The translations under genes and the position numbers were made by a program. From Raillietiella orientalis (lineage: Eukaryota): a stretch of 64,000 bases of DNA. Under the pieces are notes generated by a model. It was not told the origin of the DNA and did no database searches. It was given only the letters and a program-made list of their open reading frames with translations. How positions within the stretch are numbered: position 1 is the stretch's first letter; the number at the start of each line of letters is the position of its first letter. Positions 1 through 12,099 of the stretch are shown here, piece after piece. Where the stretch lies: positions 310,001-374,000 of the forward strand of contig JAYWIR010000024.1 in the NCBI GenBank assembly GCA_036172245.1. Direction: 5' to 3'.

Positions 1-999
1 TCTAGTCGCGGTGTTCAGGAAGCGAAGAAAGGAATCGCAGTGTTCCTGAAGGATGCCGGGGGCGTAACATGCTCATGGTAAGGAGAGTACATGGAAGATC
101 CTGGCCGGTAACCAATGGACTTCGGAGCTGAGTCGCCGCCACGCGATCGCCTCCTCACGGAAAGAGGGAACTGCGCCATTGTACTCGATGCCCTATGCTC
201 AGAAAAGGCACAGCAGTAGCGTTGAAGAAGACCTAAGGACGGAGACGAGAGAGGTGTGGCAGCAGCACGCGCTTGCCCCATGCCCTCGGAGCGTCACTTC
301 GTGCGGCCATCGTCGGCTCATCGGGACCCCGGGATCGCCGAAACGACGGCGCTTCGCAAGCGACATCGAGTTCGAGAAAGTACGCGAGCCGACGCTGTCG
401 AACACCTTCCAGAGCCGGTGGGGCATCTACGGAGCGCAGCGGATGGGAGACGCCCTGAACCTATCGTGACCGAGTCACCGGAAGAAGAAGGCCCGGACCA
501 GCTTCCGGATGCGTGCAGAGGCGAAGGAAACAGATTTGGGCAGATGGCGAGAAGTAGCGGTACCGAGATGAAGGCCTGAGGGTTTGAATCCCGGCTCCAA
601 CTCTTCCTACTGAGCCCCCGCCTCAGCAATGTTGCCGGCTCACGTGGTGGCGAGATCGGAGCAAGGAAGATTGGCTCCATGGCGACGGAGCTCCGAAACC
701 GAAAAAAAGACCGCAAAGATGGACTCGTCCTTCAATGTCCTCCTTAACGAGGGAATGCCAGACACACGCTCGCTCCTGAACATCAGTCGTGAGCCAGTCC
801 TTTTTCCCGCAACGATGGCGCCGGACGGAGCGAGGAAGCGGTGGAAATCGTGGAGAGTTCCTCCTCATTTCTTCTTTCTTACTCCCAAAAGAATCAGATG
901 TTGAAGGTCCAGTTTTTATTCTTACATGCACTCCCCCCCTTCCCTTGTTTCCTTTTCTTTTCGGCGGTTCCCGACGCGACGCTATCCTTTTGGGGGTAG

Positions 1000-2400
1000 C
1001 CGGGCACAGTAATCTGGAAACTGTGAACCTCATCAATGGAGAGAAGGGGAGGAGGCTTTTTGCGGGTTTTCATTGCCCTCGCTTGCCATGGGTTTCTCCG
1101 TCCTCGTTCACACGTAATTCGACACGGAGTTGGACGTTGCAGATGCTGCTACAGAGATGAAAGCTTTTTTTCCTGGGCATGCCGGGTGGAAAAGTACAGA
1201 GAATGATGGTGGTGCGATCACGGGCTGCTGAAGATGAAAAGCTTATCGTTACCCATGGACAGTTCATGAGAGGAGTCGGAGCAGCAGTACGATGAGAACC
1301 AGCATCAGTGTTCACTTCGTCGGAGAATTGCAAAATCAGAACGAAAGTGGATACAGATGCAACATCCGTTTACAGTGCCTGTCATTCGGGAAAACAAAAA
1401 CAAAGAGTTTGTAGTTCGTGGGGTGTACCTTTAATAAACAAGATGCAGCAACAACGTCAATGACGGCACATCCTCCGTATCTGAATATCTTTCATGGCAT
1501 CATGGAAATGGATTCTGCCTCAGTCAATGATTTCTTAAATGCCTAATGTTGCACGTGGCCAGTTTTGCAGCAGCTGGTAATGCTGCAGATCTTGAACGTC
1601 TTTGCTAACAGAATAACTGAATCAAAGATTCTCGGATCGCTGCTGCCATCAGACTTTTTGACTCCCATCGGACTTGTGTTTCTACTACTGCTCTTGTCAC
1701 TGAAAAGGTGTAGATGGCTGCTGCGCAGAGCAAGAAGCGCAACATCGAAAGCAGGCCCTACGCGGCTGCTGCTTATCACATCTGTCTTATCGCGCAATGG
1801 TCAGCACGCGGTGACTAGTCAACATTTAACAAAAGTTCATTCCATTCGTGCACTAATACAAATGATAGCACCCATCGGTCTTGCATTCGTGAAGAAGCCT
1901 TACGATGTGCATTTCATCAGACAGTGGAGCAGTAGCAACCGTGGAGGAGTTGGCAGCCTCAGAGGATGAGAACGATTTTCTGAATTTACACCCCAACTCC
2001 CGTCCCCCTCAATAACTACGAGGGTAATTCGGAGCAGGAAGCTGTCGAAAGGTGGCCAAGATTCCGTGAGCGTTTTACCCGAGAGCAGATGGCGAGCCAT
2101 CATCGCTTCTCGGCCTTTTGGCTATGATCAAAATGGAGCAGGAGCTAAGAGCTCAGGAGGCCTTCGATGTTCGTGTCAAGTGCTACCGGGGCAGCAGAGG
2201 CCACCACAAAACAGAGGTCCAAACTTGCGGGTGCATTTCCAAATTCCGTACCGAATTCAAACGAAAGAGGCAGAAGGAAATGTCCTCTTGGGAACAGTCT
2301 TGAGGCGACTGGAGGCCCGGGTTCGCGAGGATCCTCCTTCAAGAACCTATCTTAGCAATGGTGAGCTTTCTGTCGTCAAGCCAACGTGAGAACTCGCTTC
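1000..2400 (+). mobile_element. Decayed L1/Tx1-like non-LTR retrotransposon, APE endonuclease and linker relic
   Basis: Ordered motif remnants in shifting frames: NLETVNLINGEKGRRLF (cf. LNVNGL..KR), RGVGAAV (RGVAIL), FVVRGVY (INVYAP), LFDSHR (LIDVWR), CISKFRTEFKRKRQKE (linker). Boundaries approximate. Confidence 0.4.
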
Positions 2401-5400
2401 CCTCTTGAGCTTACATGTTGAAAGTATCCAGTGGCAGCACTGGCTTCCTCACAGCTTCCTGTAGTCAGCGCGTGCTGCGAGCAGGAGAGTTCTGAACCAC
2501 TCCAGAGGAGAGACTGGTCTGTTCCCATTCCGGGCTTGGAGCAGAAGCGACGCACCAGCGCCTCTTTCGGGGAGCACTCCCTAGGAAAGAGGGGGCACAA
2601 TTGTCGCCTATTTCTTTTCCTCGGAGTCCGTCGGTTCCAGGAGCACCCGTCATCCGCGCCTCTCCCCTGGATCCGTGGAAATTTTGCTGCCCTATCGCCT
2701 CCACGCCTGCCATCTGTGTGCTCCCAGGTCTCGCTCGTTCCTCCTTCCTCCCTGCTGCTGGAGTCTAGTGCTGCTTTCAGGGAAACTCCACTCTTTTCAC
2801 AGAGGTGATCAATAAGAGGTCTCTCTCCAGAGAGTCCGGACAGAGAGACCCTTGACCTTGACCTTGCATCGAGCATCCCCTGCTGATGGCCCGCCTCGCA
2901 CACAGACTGCTGCAGAGGCAGCAAATCAGTGCGCACCTTCCGTTCGGGAGCTCGGAAGCTGCAAGAAAGCTAGAGGAGGAGGAGCTAAAGAAGCAGCGAT
3001 GTGTGCGCGCGGAAGGCTCCATACCCCTTCCTTCTTCTCTATTTTGCAAAATTCGAAAATCACGGAGCGCCTTGCAGAACTCGGAACCCCCTATTCTTCC
3101 TCTCTATTGCTTGCTGCATCCCTTCATCCACCTTACTCTCCCTTCCCTTCCTGCTCTCCTGTTTCGAGACCCTTTTCCCCCTTTCTGTCCCGGTTTCGCT
3201 TGACCCGGTCTCTCGTCTCCATCCCATCGTCCCGTCTCCGGGAGCTCGTCGTTTCCTGCTCCCTGCTTCCTGTTGGATTTTGGCGGAGCTTCGGGAAATC
3301 ACTCGCTGTTCACGGGGATTTCAATTAATCGGGAAAGTCAACAGAGTGCCGTGTCAGCTCCAGCACTTTTACGGGAGGAACTTCGGCAAACACGATGACG
3401 TCATGTTCGGGAAATGAGTCTTCCAGGCAAGCGAGCATAATCTCATCGAGGAACGCAAACAGAAAAGGGAAGGAGGGAGCGAAGGCGGGATTCCAATTCC
3501 AAGGGCTACTCGTTCTCTTGTAGCGTCATTTAAATTAAAACAGGAGGGACCTCCGACTCCTTCTGATTGGAAGCGTCGGGCTTGGGAAGCATCCTGGCGG
3601 TGGGAGGCAATCGCTCGGGAAGACACTCGAAAGTGATCGGATGGAAGTCGCTCGCTGCATCTGGAGATGTTGAGAGATCCGTGAGAGGCAGAGTGGTACG
3701 TGATGAGAATGCCGTCCGAACCAGGACGGGAAGGGAGGGGAGAGTCCAGGAGCGACCGTGGCAGAAAGACCGGGAGAGGAGGGCTCCGTGCACCGTCGGA
3801 CGAGCCAAACATCACGTGCCAAGCCAGGAAGATCTAACATAGCGTAACAGCAGCCTGCCCAAGAGCCTCTGCGAGCCTTGAGGGGGATAGAGCGACTTCG
3901 GGGATGATTGCCGTAGGGCATTTACTCTGCTCAGCCCGAGATGCAACGATGAAAGCCCTTTCTAGACTGCATCGATCGCCGTCCCTTTGAAAAAGCAGGA
4001 AGAGGAGAGGGGGAGGAGGAGAGAACAAGTTGCATCAAAGGATTGACGCAGCAGCCTCTGGTCTGCAAGTCGGATCCTTTCTATCCCCCCCCCCCTCCCT
4101 TCCCCAAGCCGTTCCTGGTCAAGCAGCGAGCGTGCGGACGAGCCGCCTCGCCGCTCTCCCCCTCTAGGCGCGCGCCGCAGAGGTGAGCGCGCGCTCGCGA
4201 GCGACCGGGCGCGGCGCGACACCTCTCCGCAGGAGACCCCTGGAGAAGCAACAGGAGCGTCCGGTCGATTGCCCAACCTTCCCCTCCCCCACGGTCGCAC
4301 GGGGAATTCTTCCCCGATCGAGGCCGATCACAGCCGAACACCCTCGTCGCAAACGGCGGAGACGGGAGGAAGCGAAGGAGCGCGAGGTTGTTCTTCCCCG
4401 GCGCGCGCAGAGGGAAACGTCCCGGAAGGACGCGCGCGCGTCCAATCGGACCGCTCCGATTTCTTCCCGCCGCTACGGGAGGAGGTGGAGCCGCTGCGAA
4501 GCCGCGGATGCGGGGTGGCGCGCAGTGGCGACGAAAGGCGCGCGCAACGACCGCATTCCGGCGGTCGGCGGGACAAGGCAAAGAGCGGCTCAGCTGCTCT
4601 CGCCGTAGGTGACGAAGGCGCCGCGCCTGCTCCAGAGGCTGGCCGAACGCCAGGCGGAGGGCCGGCGCCTTAGGCAGGGTGGGAAGGATGGGGTGGTGCG
4701 CAGGGCCATCGGCACGGGGATGAGTGCGCTGGTGCTGCTGCTGCCGGACGGAGTTTCTTGCCACTGGTCTGCGCGCGGGGCATTGGCGGGCGCGCGAGGG
4801 TTCCGGAAGTGAGCTGGAAGGAGCTCGGGGATGCGGGAGGGGTGGCGCGAGCATCGGTTCCGAGGAGGAACGAAACGCACGGTTCTTCGTTCTCAGGCAC
4901 CTTCTCTGTGCACCCCGAGGTAAGGGCGTTGGGTTGCTTTGCTTGCTGGAACGACTGGCGAAATTCGCGAGGATCCGAAAAGTGTTCGAGAAGCCTCGAG
5001 CTGGAAACGCACGAGTCCTCCCCTTCGTTCTTGTTAGCTCAAAATTGTGAGAAAAAAGAGTTGTTTTCGAAAGGGGAGAGGGTGGTGAGCAAGGCCACCA
5101 CCCTCCCCCCGAAGAAGGATCCAGCATTGGGGAACGCTCTCGTCCAATTCTTGTTGCTGAGAGCCGCACGCCCTCTGGAAGCCTCTCAGCATTTCAAAGC
5201 TCAACGTGGATTTCTCTCGTTTATCTCCGTAGCCCTCTGCCTGTCCAGAACTTCTTCAAGACCTCTGCATTCTTTGGCCGTTGGGGGAAGAAGAAAAGGA
5301 GGACCAGTTTTTGGACTATACAGATCGTCTTGGGAATGTCTGTGTCTTACACGCCTTCCCATCCATGAATACTTCTAAGAGGAATCATAGGAACATGCCT

Positions 5401-5941
5401 TCTGCGTGCTGGAATCACGTTGTTGGCAGTCAGGGACCGCGTTTCTCCTGGATGTGAGGAATCAGCGGTTGCATCGGCATGACGCGCTCCAAGCAATCTG
5501 CCTCCAAAATCAGGAGAGGAAGAGATGCCGAACGAAGCTGAGCTGGCTGTTACACCTGCTCGAGCAGATGAACAAAGTGAAACGTGGTGTCTCCCCTCGA
5601 ATACCCTCGTCGCAAACTCGAACTCCTGACTATCGGAACGGTCAGGGGTTCGAGTTCTTCCTGTATGTATCCCGGGCGGAGGAAGCGGAAGAAGGAAAAG
5701 TCTTAAGATATTCCCCTGCGCCACCGTAATAGATAGAGGCCCTTACTGTTTGTTAATTGTACGGGATTTTAGACTGCAGCAAAGGGAAATCCCGTGATGC
5801 CCCGAGGACAGAATTAGACAGCGCAGAAAGGGTCGTCAACGCAGGTCACCGGTTCCGGCTGCAGCCGGTTTCGACAAAATCGTCTCTCGGATCGGAGATT
5901 TCCTGAAGCAGTCCCAAAGAGTCTATTTGCAAACAGTCTCT

Positions 5942-5947
5942 TTTATT
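5942..5947 (-). terminator. Candidate Rx polyadenylation signal
   Basis: First AATAAA I could find on the minus strand downstream of the Rx stop, implying a 3' UTR of about 1 kb. Confidence 0.4.
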
Positions 5948-6934
5948 GCTGCTTTTTCCAGCATCCTTGCTGATGCTTTTTCCGAGGTCTTTTTTGCGAA
6001 GGGATGTGGTTATCGTCTCGAGAGAAGCACTGGGACTGGGACGTTGCCAGAGGACCTTCTTCGCTGGAAACGACTTCGCCCAAGTCGGTGATTAAGCAGA
6101 GAGCCACACGGTGGTTGGCGCCACCAAGGGAGAAACACACGAGCGTTCGTGCTCTCTGAATTCTGTTGTAGCGAGAGGTTCATTGCTCTGAGAGGGTGTC
6201 TGACGAACGGCGGACATCTCCTGAGAGCATCTTCCGAAAGCAGAGGACTGCGGAGAGGACTGCGGACTGAGATTTTCTGGACCATGGCGGCGAAGAAGTC
6301 GCTGTGGGATCTCGGTGCAGAAGTGCTGGATTTCCCACGTTCTTCATGATACCGCGTAGGAGGGCTTACACGTCCTGCATCTTCCATGCCCTCCTTCTCG
6401 GGAGGCTTTGGAGGGCTGGCTGCTTCCCCAGAGGCTGTCCTCCAGCCAAAGGCGAAGCTGTGTTCTCTGGAGAAGACCGCATGGCCTTCCTTCTACGGTT
6501 TTTGCGAGCTTCGAGGCGTGTCCAGAATGCCTTAGGGATCCGGTTATGGAGGGCGAGGGTGGACCTCGGGATGTAGCTCCTCCAAAATTGTTGTCTGACA
6601 CTTTGGGACGCAGATAATAGCCGTCGAGCACTGGACTGGCTAATGGGAAAACCGTGAGTGCTCACTAGAAAGGGAGCATCAAACACAATCTAGAAGTCCA
6701 TGCGTTCTTTTCCCTTTTTTTCTTCGACGGATGCGACACCGCCCAGTCTTTCTCCTGGAACAGCTCGGAGATTTCTCCAACGCTTCCATTCTTCGTGTCG
6801 TCCTTCTCTTTTGTTGGTTACTTCCTATCCTCCACAGACGTGACAAAGGCTCTCTGTCTCTTTCCTTCTGCGATGGCGTTGCTCACAGGATTTGACCTAC
6901 ACATAGCCTTCTTTTTCTCGCTGAGTGCCTCCGG

Positions 6935-7288
6935 TCACATTATGGTAAAGTTCCTCTGCACCGCTTCCAGGTATTCGTTGGTTTTCAGATGAAGGGCAAT
7001 AATGCTGGAGTCCATCGTGTCGCCGTTGGGGATCGTGGATTTTCCTTGCATCTGGGGGGTCATCAGATTCAGCATTTGGGAAGAGAGATGAGGGAACACA
7101 TCTCTGGGATTCGCCAGGAACCTCGGGAGGAACTTGGGAGCGAACCAAGAGTCCAGAGCAAGGGAAAAAGGCGTCGCTGATGCCGCCTGCCGCGAAAGAG
7201 AAGAAATGCTGTGCTCTTGGAACCGAAGGTGGCTGGCATCTAGTTTTTCCTGCCTCCTCCACTTTGCCCTTCTGTTCTGGAACCACAC
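6935..7288 (-). CDS. Rx: Retinal homeobox Rx/Rax, coding exon 3 (helix 3, Rx domain, OAR)
   Basis: Acceptor TTCTTGTTCCAG| then VWFQNRRAKWRRQEKLDASHLRFQEHSISSLSR (Q50, Rx domain), SLALDSWF (cf. SLPLDPWL) and C-terminal SSIIALHLKTNEY (OAR-like). Stop TGA ends at 6935. Phase 0 matches exon 2. Confidence 0.95.
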   Translation of the reverse strand: MWFQNRRAKWRRQEKLDASHLRFQEHSISSLSRQAASATPFSLALDSWFAPKFLPRFLANPRDVFPHLSSQMLNLMTPQMQGKSTIPNGDTMDSSIIALHLKTNEYLEAVQRNFTIM

Positions 7289-10200
7289 CTGGAACAAGAA
7301 CACCTCCACTCACTATTGGTTGTTCCCCAAGGCAACGGAGGGATCCGTTGCGCCCTTGTCTTCAGCACGAAGGAGGTCGGAATGTTGGAGGATCACGTTG
7401 CCAAAAGTAGCGATCGGACCCAATTTCGCCCACGTGCTCCGCTCGAACCGAAAGGCCCAACTCGAAGTGGGAGGATCTGCTAAACGACGAAGAGCCCCAA
7501 ACCCATCTTTAGAGTGTTCTTCGAATGTTCTCAGAACTGAAAACTCCCCATCTGCTTTCCATCTCTGTTGCTGTGAGAGACTCAAAACTCTTCACGAGGA
7601 GGAACGACACGTTCCACCCACCCGCGAGGCGTGGTGAATAATTCGAATTCATTGAACGCTCTCTGCCCCCCTTTCGACACTTCCGCATTCAAGAAGAAGC
7701 GGATCTTGTTCCTCTGGGATCTTTCCATCCGAGCGAAACTCCTGGAGAGGTCTTTGCGCGCTGTCACAGTCAGGAGGATGAGGCAGCGGACTTGTCGCGT
7801 GGTACATCCATCTAGTATAATGCCCTTGTCTTGACGCCTTCAGATGTGACCCGCTGCCCGCTCTCGTCCGCCATTCGATCTTCCAAGTCCCTTCGCTTTT
7901 GCATCTCCTAGTCTCCGGAGTGCATACCAAAGGTGCGTATCGGACTGCGCCGATATCCATCAGCTCCATGAAACTGCGATGCTTGGATCGTTGCCATGAG
8001 CGACTCTCAAAGGGTACTTGCTACAAACACGAAATACAGATCTTTGGTGAGGATTTTCTCCAAGCAGGCGAAAATGAAAGTTCAGCATAACGCAAAATCC
8101 AGGGTGTTTGCACTAAGAATATTTCCCAACCTTTATTCTTCTTTTGGGAAAAAGCAGCTGCTAAAGGATAAAAAGTGCATTCTATTGCAAACGCTAATGA
8201 TTTAAGACACCTGAGTGGACTACTACAGTAACAGGCTGACGCTATCCAATGCAGCACGTAGCAGAACTGCAAAACTTGAAACTCTTCACGAGAGAGAGGA
8301 ATGACATATTCCATCTACTACTTTCTGTAAGGAGGCTCTCCATCCCATACGGTGTTAGTTGCTGAAGACAGCTACTTCCCGCCCTCATTACTCTCATGCT
8401 ACCCACTCCGAGCTACAGTTCATCTCCCCCAGCCGGTTGCTTTCGGGCGAACTGGGCAACGGGGTTGCTCGAGAGGTTGCGGTTCGTCAAACCACTCGGA
8501 ATCGCGCGGGGGAGTTCGGGAAAGCAAGGATCCGATCGCACAGCCACCATCCTGGATCTGTCCAATTTGGCAAAGGGGCTGGTCCGCGCGCGGCAGGTGC
8601 GCAGAAAGGGGATGTCCCTTGTTTAGATGAGGGTTCGCTTCCGTGTTCCGAACTCGTGGCCTTTCGTTGGGTTCCGGGGGCTTTTTTTCCCCGGCTCTCA
8701 GCAAGCCTGGCCGAAAGTACGCAATCACTGCGCGCGTGTGAGCACGCGCCCTCTCCGGCAAATGAATTTATGAGATAGAGTAACGGGGCATTAGCTAGCG
8801 GACCTGGAATCCTTGCATCCAAGGAGATCTCGCAGCTTCCGTTCTTCTTTTCCAGACACCCCTAGAAGATTCGGGAAGACTTGCAGGGTGTCGGAGCAAC
8901 GGACCAGCGATTCCTCTCCCCGTCCGAAAAACAAACTTCCATCTGCAGCCCACGATCGCTACCTCCCGAGTAGATCGGAGGGGGGATCTCGCAAAAGATC
9001 TTTCTAAGGGTGGAAGACAAGCTCCAGAAATGATTTGTCCTCGACAGCTCCGGCTCGGCAACACACGCGTGTAACGACGGCAAATAATGACCAGGCGTGC
9101 ACTCCAACCCGTTTGATTGATGGCGCCAGAGAGTAGGCTGCCAGCCCTCGACGTGGAAAAGGGCGATGGCGGCACGAACGGGAACGCCACCCCTCCTCCT
9201 TCAAATCGCGATCATCCCGTCTCTGGGGTTCGAACATCTCGCTCAACAGGGATGGGAACTGAAACCACTGGGTGTCGGATCGGGCGCATCCAGGCAGCCG
9301 TTTCTGGAAACGTCTGGCAGGGAAGAGTCTCTTCCTTGTCGCATCCGCATGTACAGGAGATGCAGCCTGGGGCGTTTCCTTTGACACGCCCGGTCCCAAC
9401 ACGAAGGGTGTTTTGCAGACGTTCGTCCGGAGGGGGAATACGGTAAGAAGTTTGAGAGTTGCCTGAGGTGCTCGCTCTGGGGGGATGCTGAAGAGATGGG
9501 GATCGATCGTTTGTAGACCTCGGTCCCTACAAGGATCAAATGAGTGATTCGGGGCAAGTCTCGGAAGCGGGAGCCAGATCAGACTCGAATGCACGAACTC
9601 AGACGCGCCCTGGGAGCTTGTCTATCGTGGACGTAGATGCAAGGGGTGGAGGGAACGATCTCGACAGCTCGGATGCTGCGCGTTTGGAGCGTTCTCGGCG
9701 AAGATGAGATCTCGGGGAACCTCAGTTTCCGAGAGCCAACGGGACATGGGTCAGCGGATCTGGAGACGCAGTCAGAGAGAGCGGTTGCCAACCCTCTGGA
9801 ATAGGTTGCGGAAGCTGGAGCCGAGGTATTAACTAGAACAGTCTGACGACAAAGAGGGAGACTTCTCCGAGAGATGCAAAGAATCCCTTTATGAAAGACG
9901 CTTGTGGATCAAAAAGAACCGGAAGCATCACGGCTTCCATCCGTCCTCTATCTGCCGGAGCTCTGAGGACGAAAATTTTTCCCATCAGATAAGGAATGAA
10001 GATGAACTAGGCAGACAGAAGGAGCTGCTGCAGATGATGAAAGCGAGGAAGCACCACTTGCTCGAGGACCACTTTCTGCGTCTCTCTAACATATGATGGG
10101 GAGGGGATGGAGGTTCAGCTATCGGGATGATGCTCCAGTAGCAAACTGAGTGACATGCGTGAGGATTCGCGGTTTGCAAATGCAAATGCTGCAGGAGCAA

Positions 10201-12099
10201 GGGAAGGGAGGGCGCCCGGGAGGGAGCACGTCAGAGGGGAGCTGAAGAGGATGTAGCGTCTGGAATCTTCAATCAGTGCATCCTTCAGTAGAGAGAAAAA
10301 TCCATGCCTCGGTGGACCGGAGGGAAGTTCGGGATGGGAAACCCAGAAGAGAAACGCGTGCATCCTGAGCCCCCTGCGTCCTCACCTTCCCAGAGCATCG
10401 CGAAGCATCCTCGCCTTCCTTCTCTTGGAATCCCCAGTGGGTGTTCCCATTCCCAGCTACCCAACAACACGACCTTCCAGCTCGCGTCCCGAACGGAGCG
10501 GTGGCCCACCGCGAGAGGTGCTGCAGTCACGTGCGCACCGGGAGTGCGTGATCCCCGAAGATAGAGTGAGCACCGACGTGCGAATGCGGAGCAGATGCTC
10601 AAGCCCTGTCTCGCCTCGTGCGGTCTCAGAGAAGAAGGACCGGCGAAAACGCGGCAGGGATTTCCTCCCTCGTCCTCCTTCCTCCCCTGGGAGGTGTCTT
10701 CCGTGCCCTCTCCTGCCGGTCCGGAGACGACGAGCAGCCTCCTCAAGGATTCCATCAGATCTTCCGAGAGCCAGAAATTCCAATATCGGAACATCTTTTC
10801 CCGCCTATCCCGCGCTCCCGAGCTCTCGTGATGTAATATATATTATAATGTAATAAATGAAGTACGTGATGAACCCTTTGGACGGATGCAGGGCAAACAG
10901 AGAACTCATCAGATTCCATTTGGAGCGATGAGAAAGGTAAACCAACAAAGCGGACGCCTCGTAGTGACAGTTAAAGAGCGGCAGACAATGAAGATTAACT
11001 GTCGATTTTCCGCAGATCAAACAAGATAGGAATCTCATTATCTGGATTCCGAGGGATGTTAGCGGGACCCGGGATGTTCGATCAGATAAAACGGGAGAGT
11101 CTACGAAAAGTTAGCCCTGCCTCCGAAATTGAGTTTCCGCGAGAGAAATGGAAAGTTGAAGCGAGCGGCTGTCAAGCAGCAGCCACTCGTGCGGTTCCCA
11201 CTCTTGGAAGTTCCTCGGACTGGAAATGGAAACGCCACTCAAAGGAGAAGTCCAAGAAGCGCGCCCAGCACGAGGCATCCGAGAGCAGGGAGGCGGGAAG
11301 TATGGGAGGAGGAGGAGGTGGATTGGATCGCGAGGAGCTTGAACTCGGATAAGGGCGGATTGGATGATGACCTTTGATCTCTCGGGATGCGGTGGGTACC
11401 TTGCGAACCGAAGCAAAGGATCGACCCGGGATTCCGGAAAGAAAGATAGCCCCGGGACCCACCTGAGTTGTGCAAAAGCTGCTGGAACCCATGGGAGTCA
11501 CGAGGAGCGACATCCTAAGCGCCTTGCGAACGAGATCGAAGGGCCTTCTGAGGGTATGCGCCTCCCGAATCGACAAGGAATGGGCTCGTTGGAGAGCGAG
11601 AAAGAGAGCCTCGGCACAGGAGGAGGAGGAGGACTCTGAAAGTGACGAAAAGTGGGAGGTTTCGTGGAGCTGGTTGCTGCTGCCTCGTAAAGGAAGGCAA
11701 ATTGATATTTGAGGGATGGGAAGGCTCCCTCAAGCGCTCAAAGACATGGCTCAAAGGGAACCACGTCCCAGAGAGTCCACCTTAGTTCTACATCAATGAG
11801 GAGTTCCTGTGGGTGGGAGTTCTGAGATTCCAATGTCCCATAATTTCTTGACGAAGAAATTAGAGGGTCAGCGACTTTCTCCTAGGAGCATTGGGGGGGT
11901 GGAGGATGTCGGAACGGCAAAATTGGGATGTTGAAAATCATTCGCATCAGCGCAGCATCGTCCTCAGGACGTGTAGAGAAACGTGACTTTCTGCAGCTTA
12001 ACAAGGAACCAGATGGAAAGATGGCTCTGCCCATCGTGCTCCTGTGCTTTCTGTACCTCTCGCCTTGTTGGAAGCGTTTCCATGGGTACCAAGGGACAG

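Noticed and set aside
545..600. tRNA/SINE-like head (TGGCGAGAAG...GGTTTGAATCCC)
   Set aside because: Only a B-box-like word. No cloverleaf could be folded and no second copy was seen. The same applies to GGTTCGA words near 5648, 9228 and 37986.
3190..3545. Endonuclease-like words on both strands (AVHGDFN on plus; FNLND...LAWKTHF on minus)
   Set aside because: Probably LINE debris, but the two readings conflict and cannot be resolved by eye.
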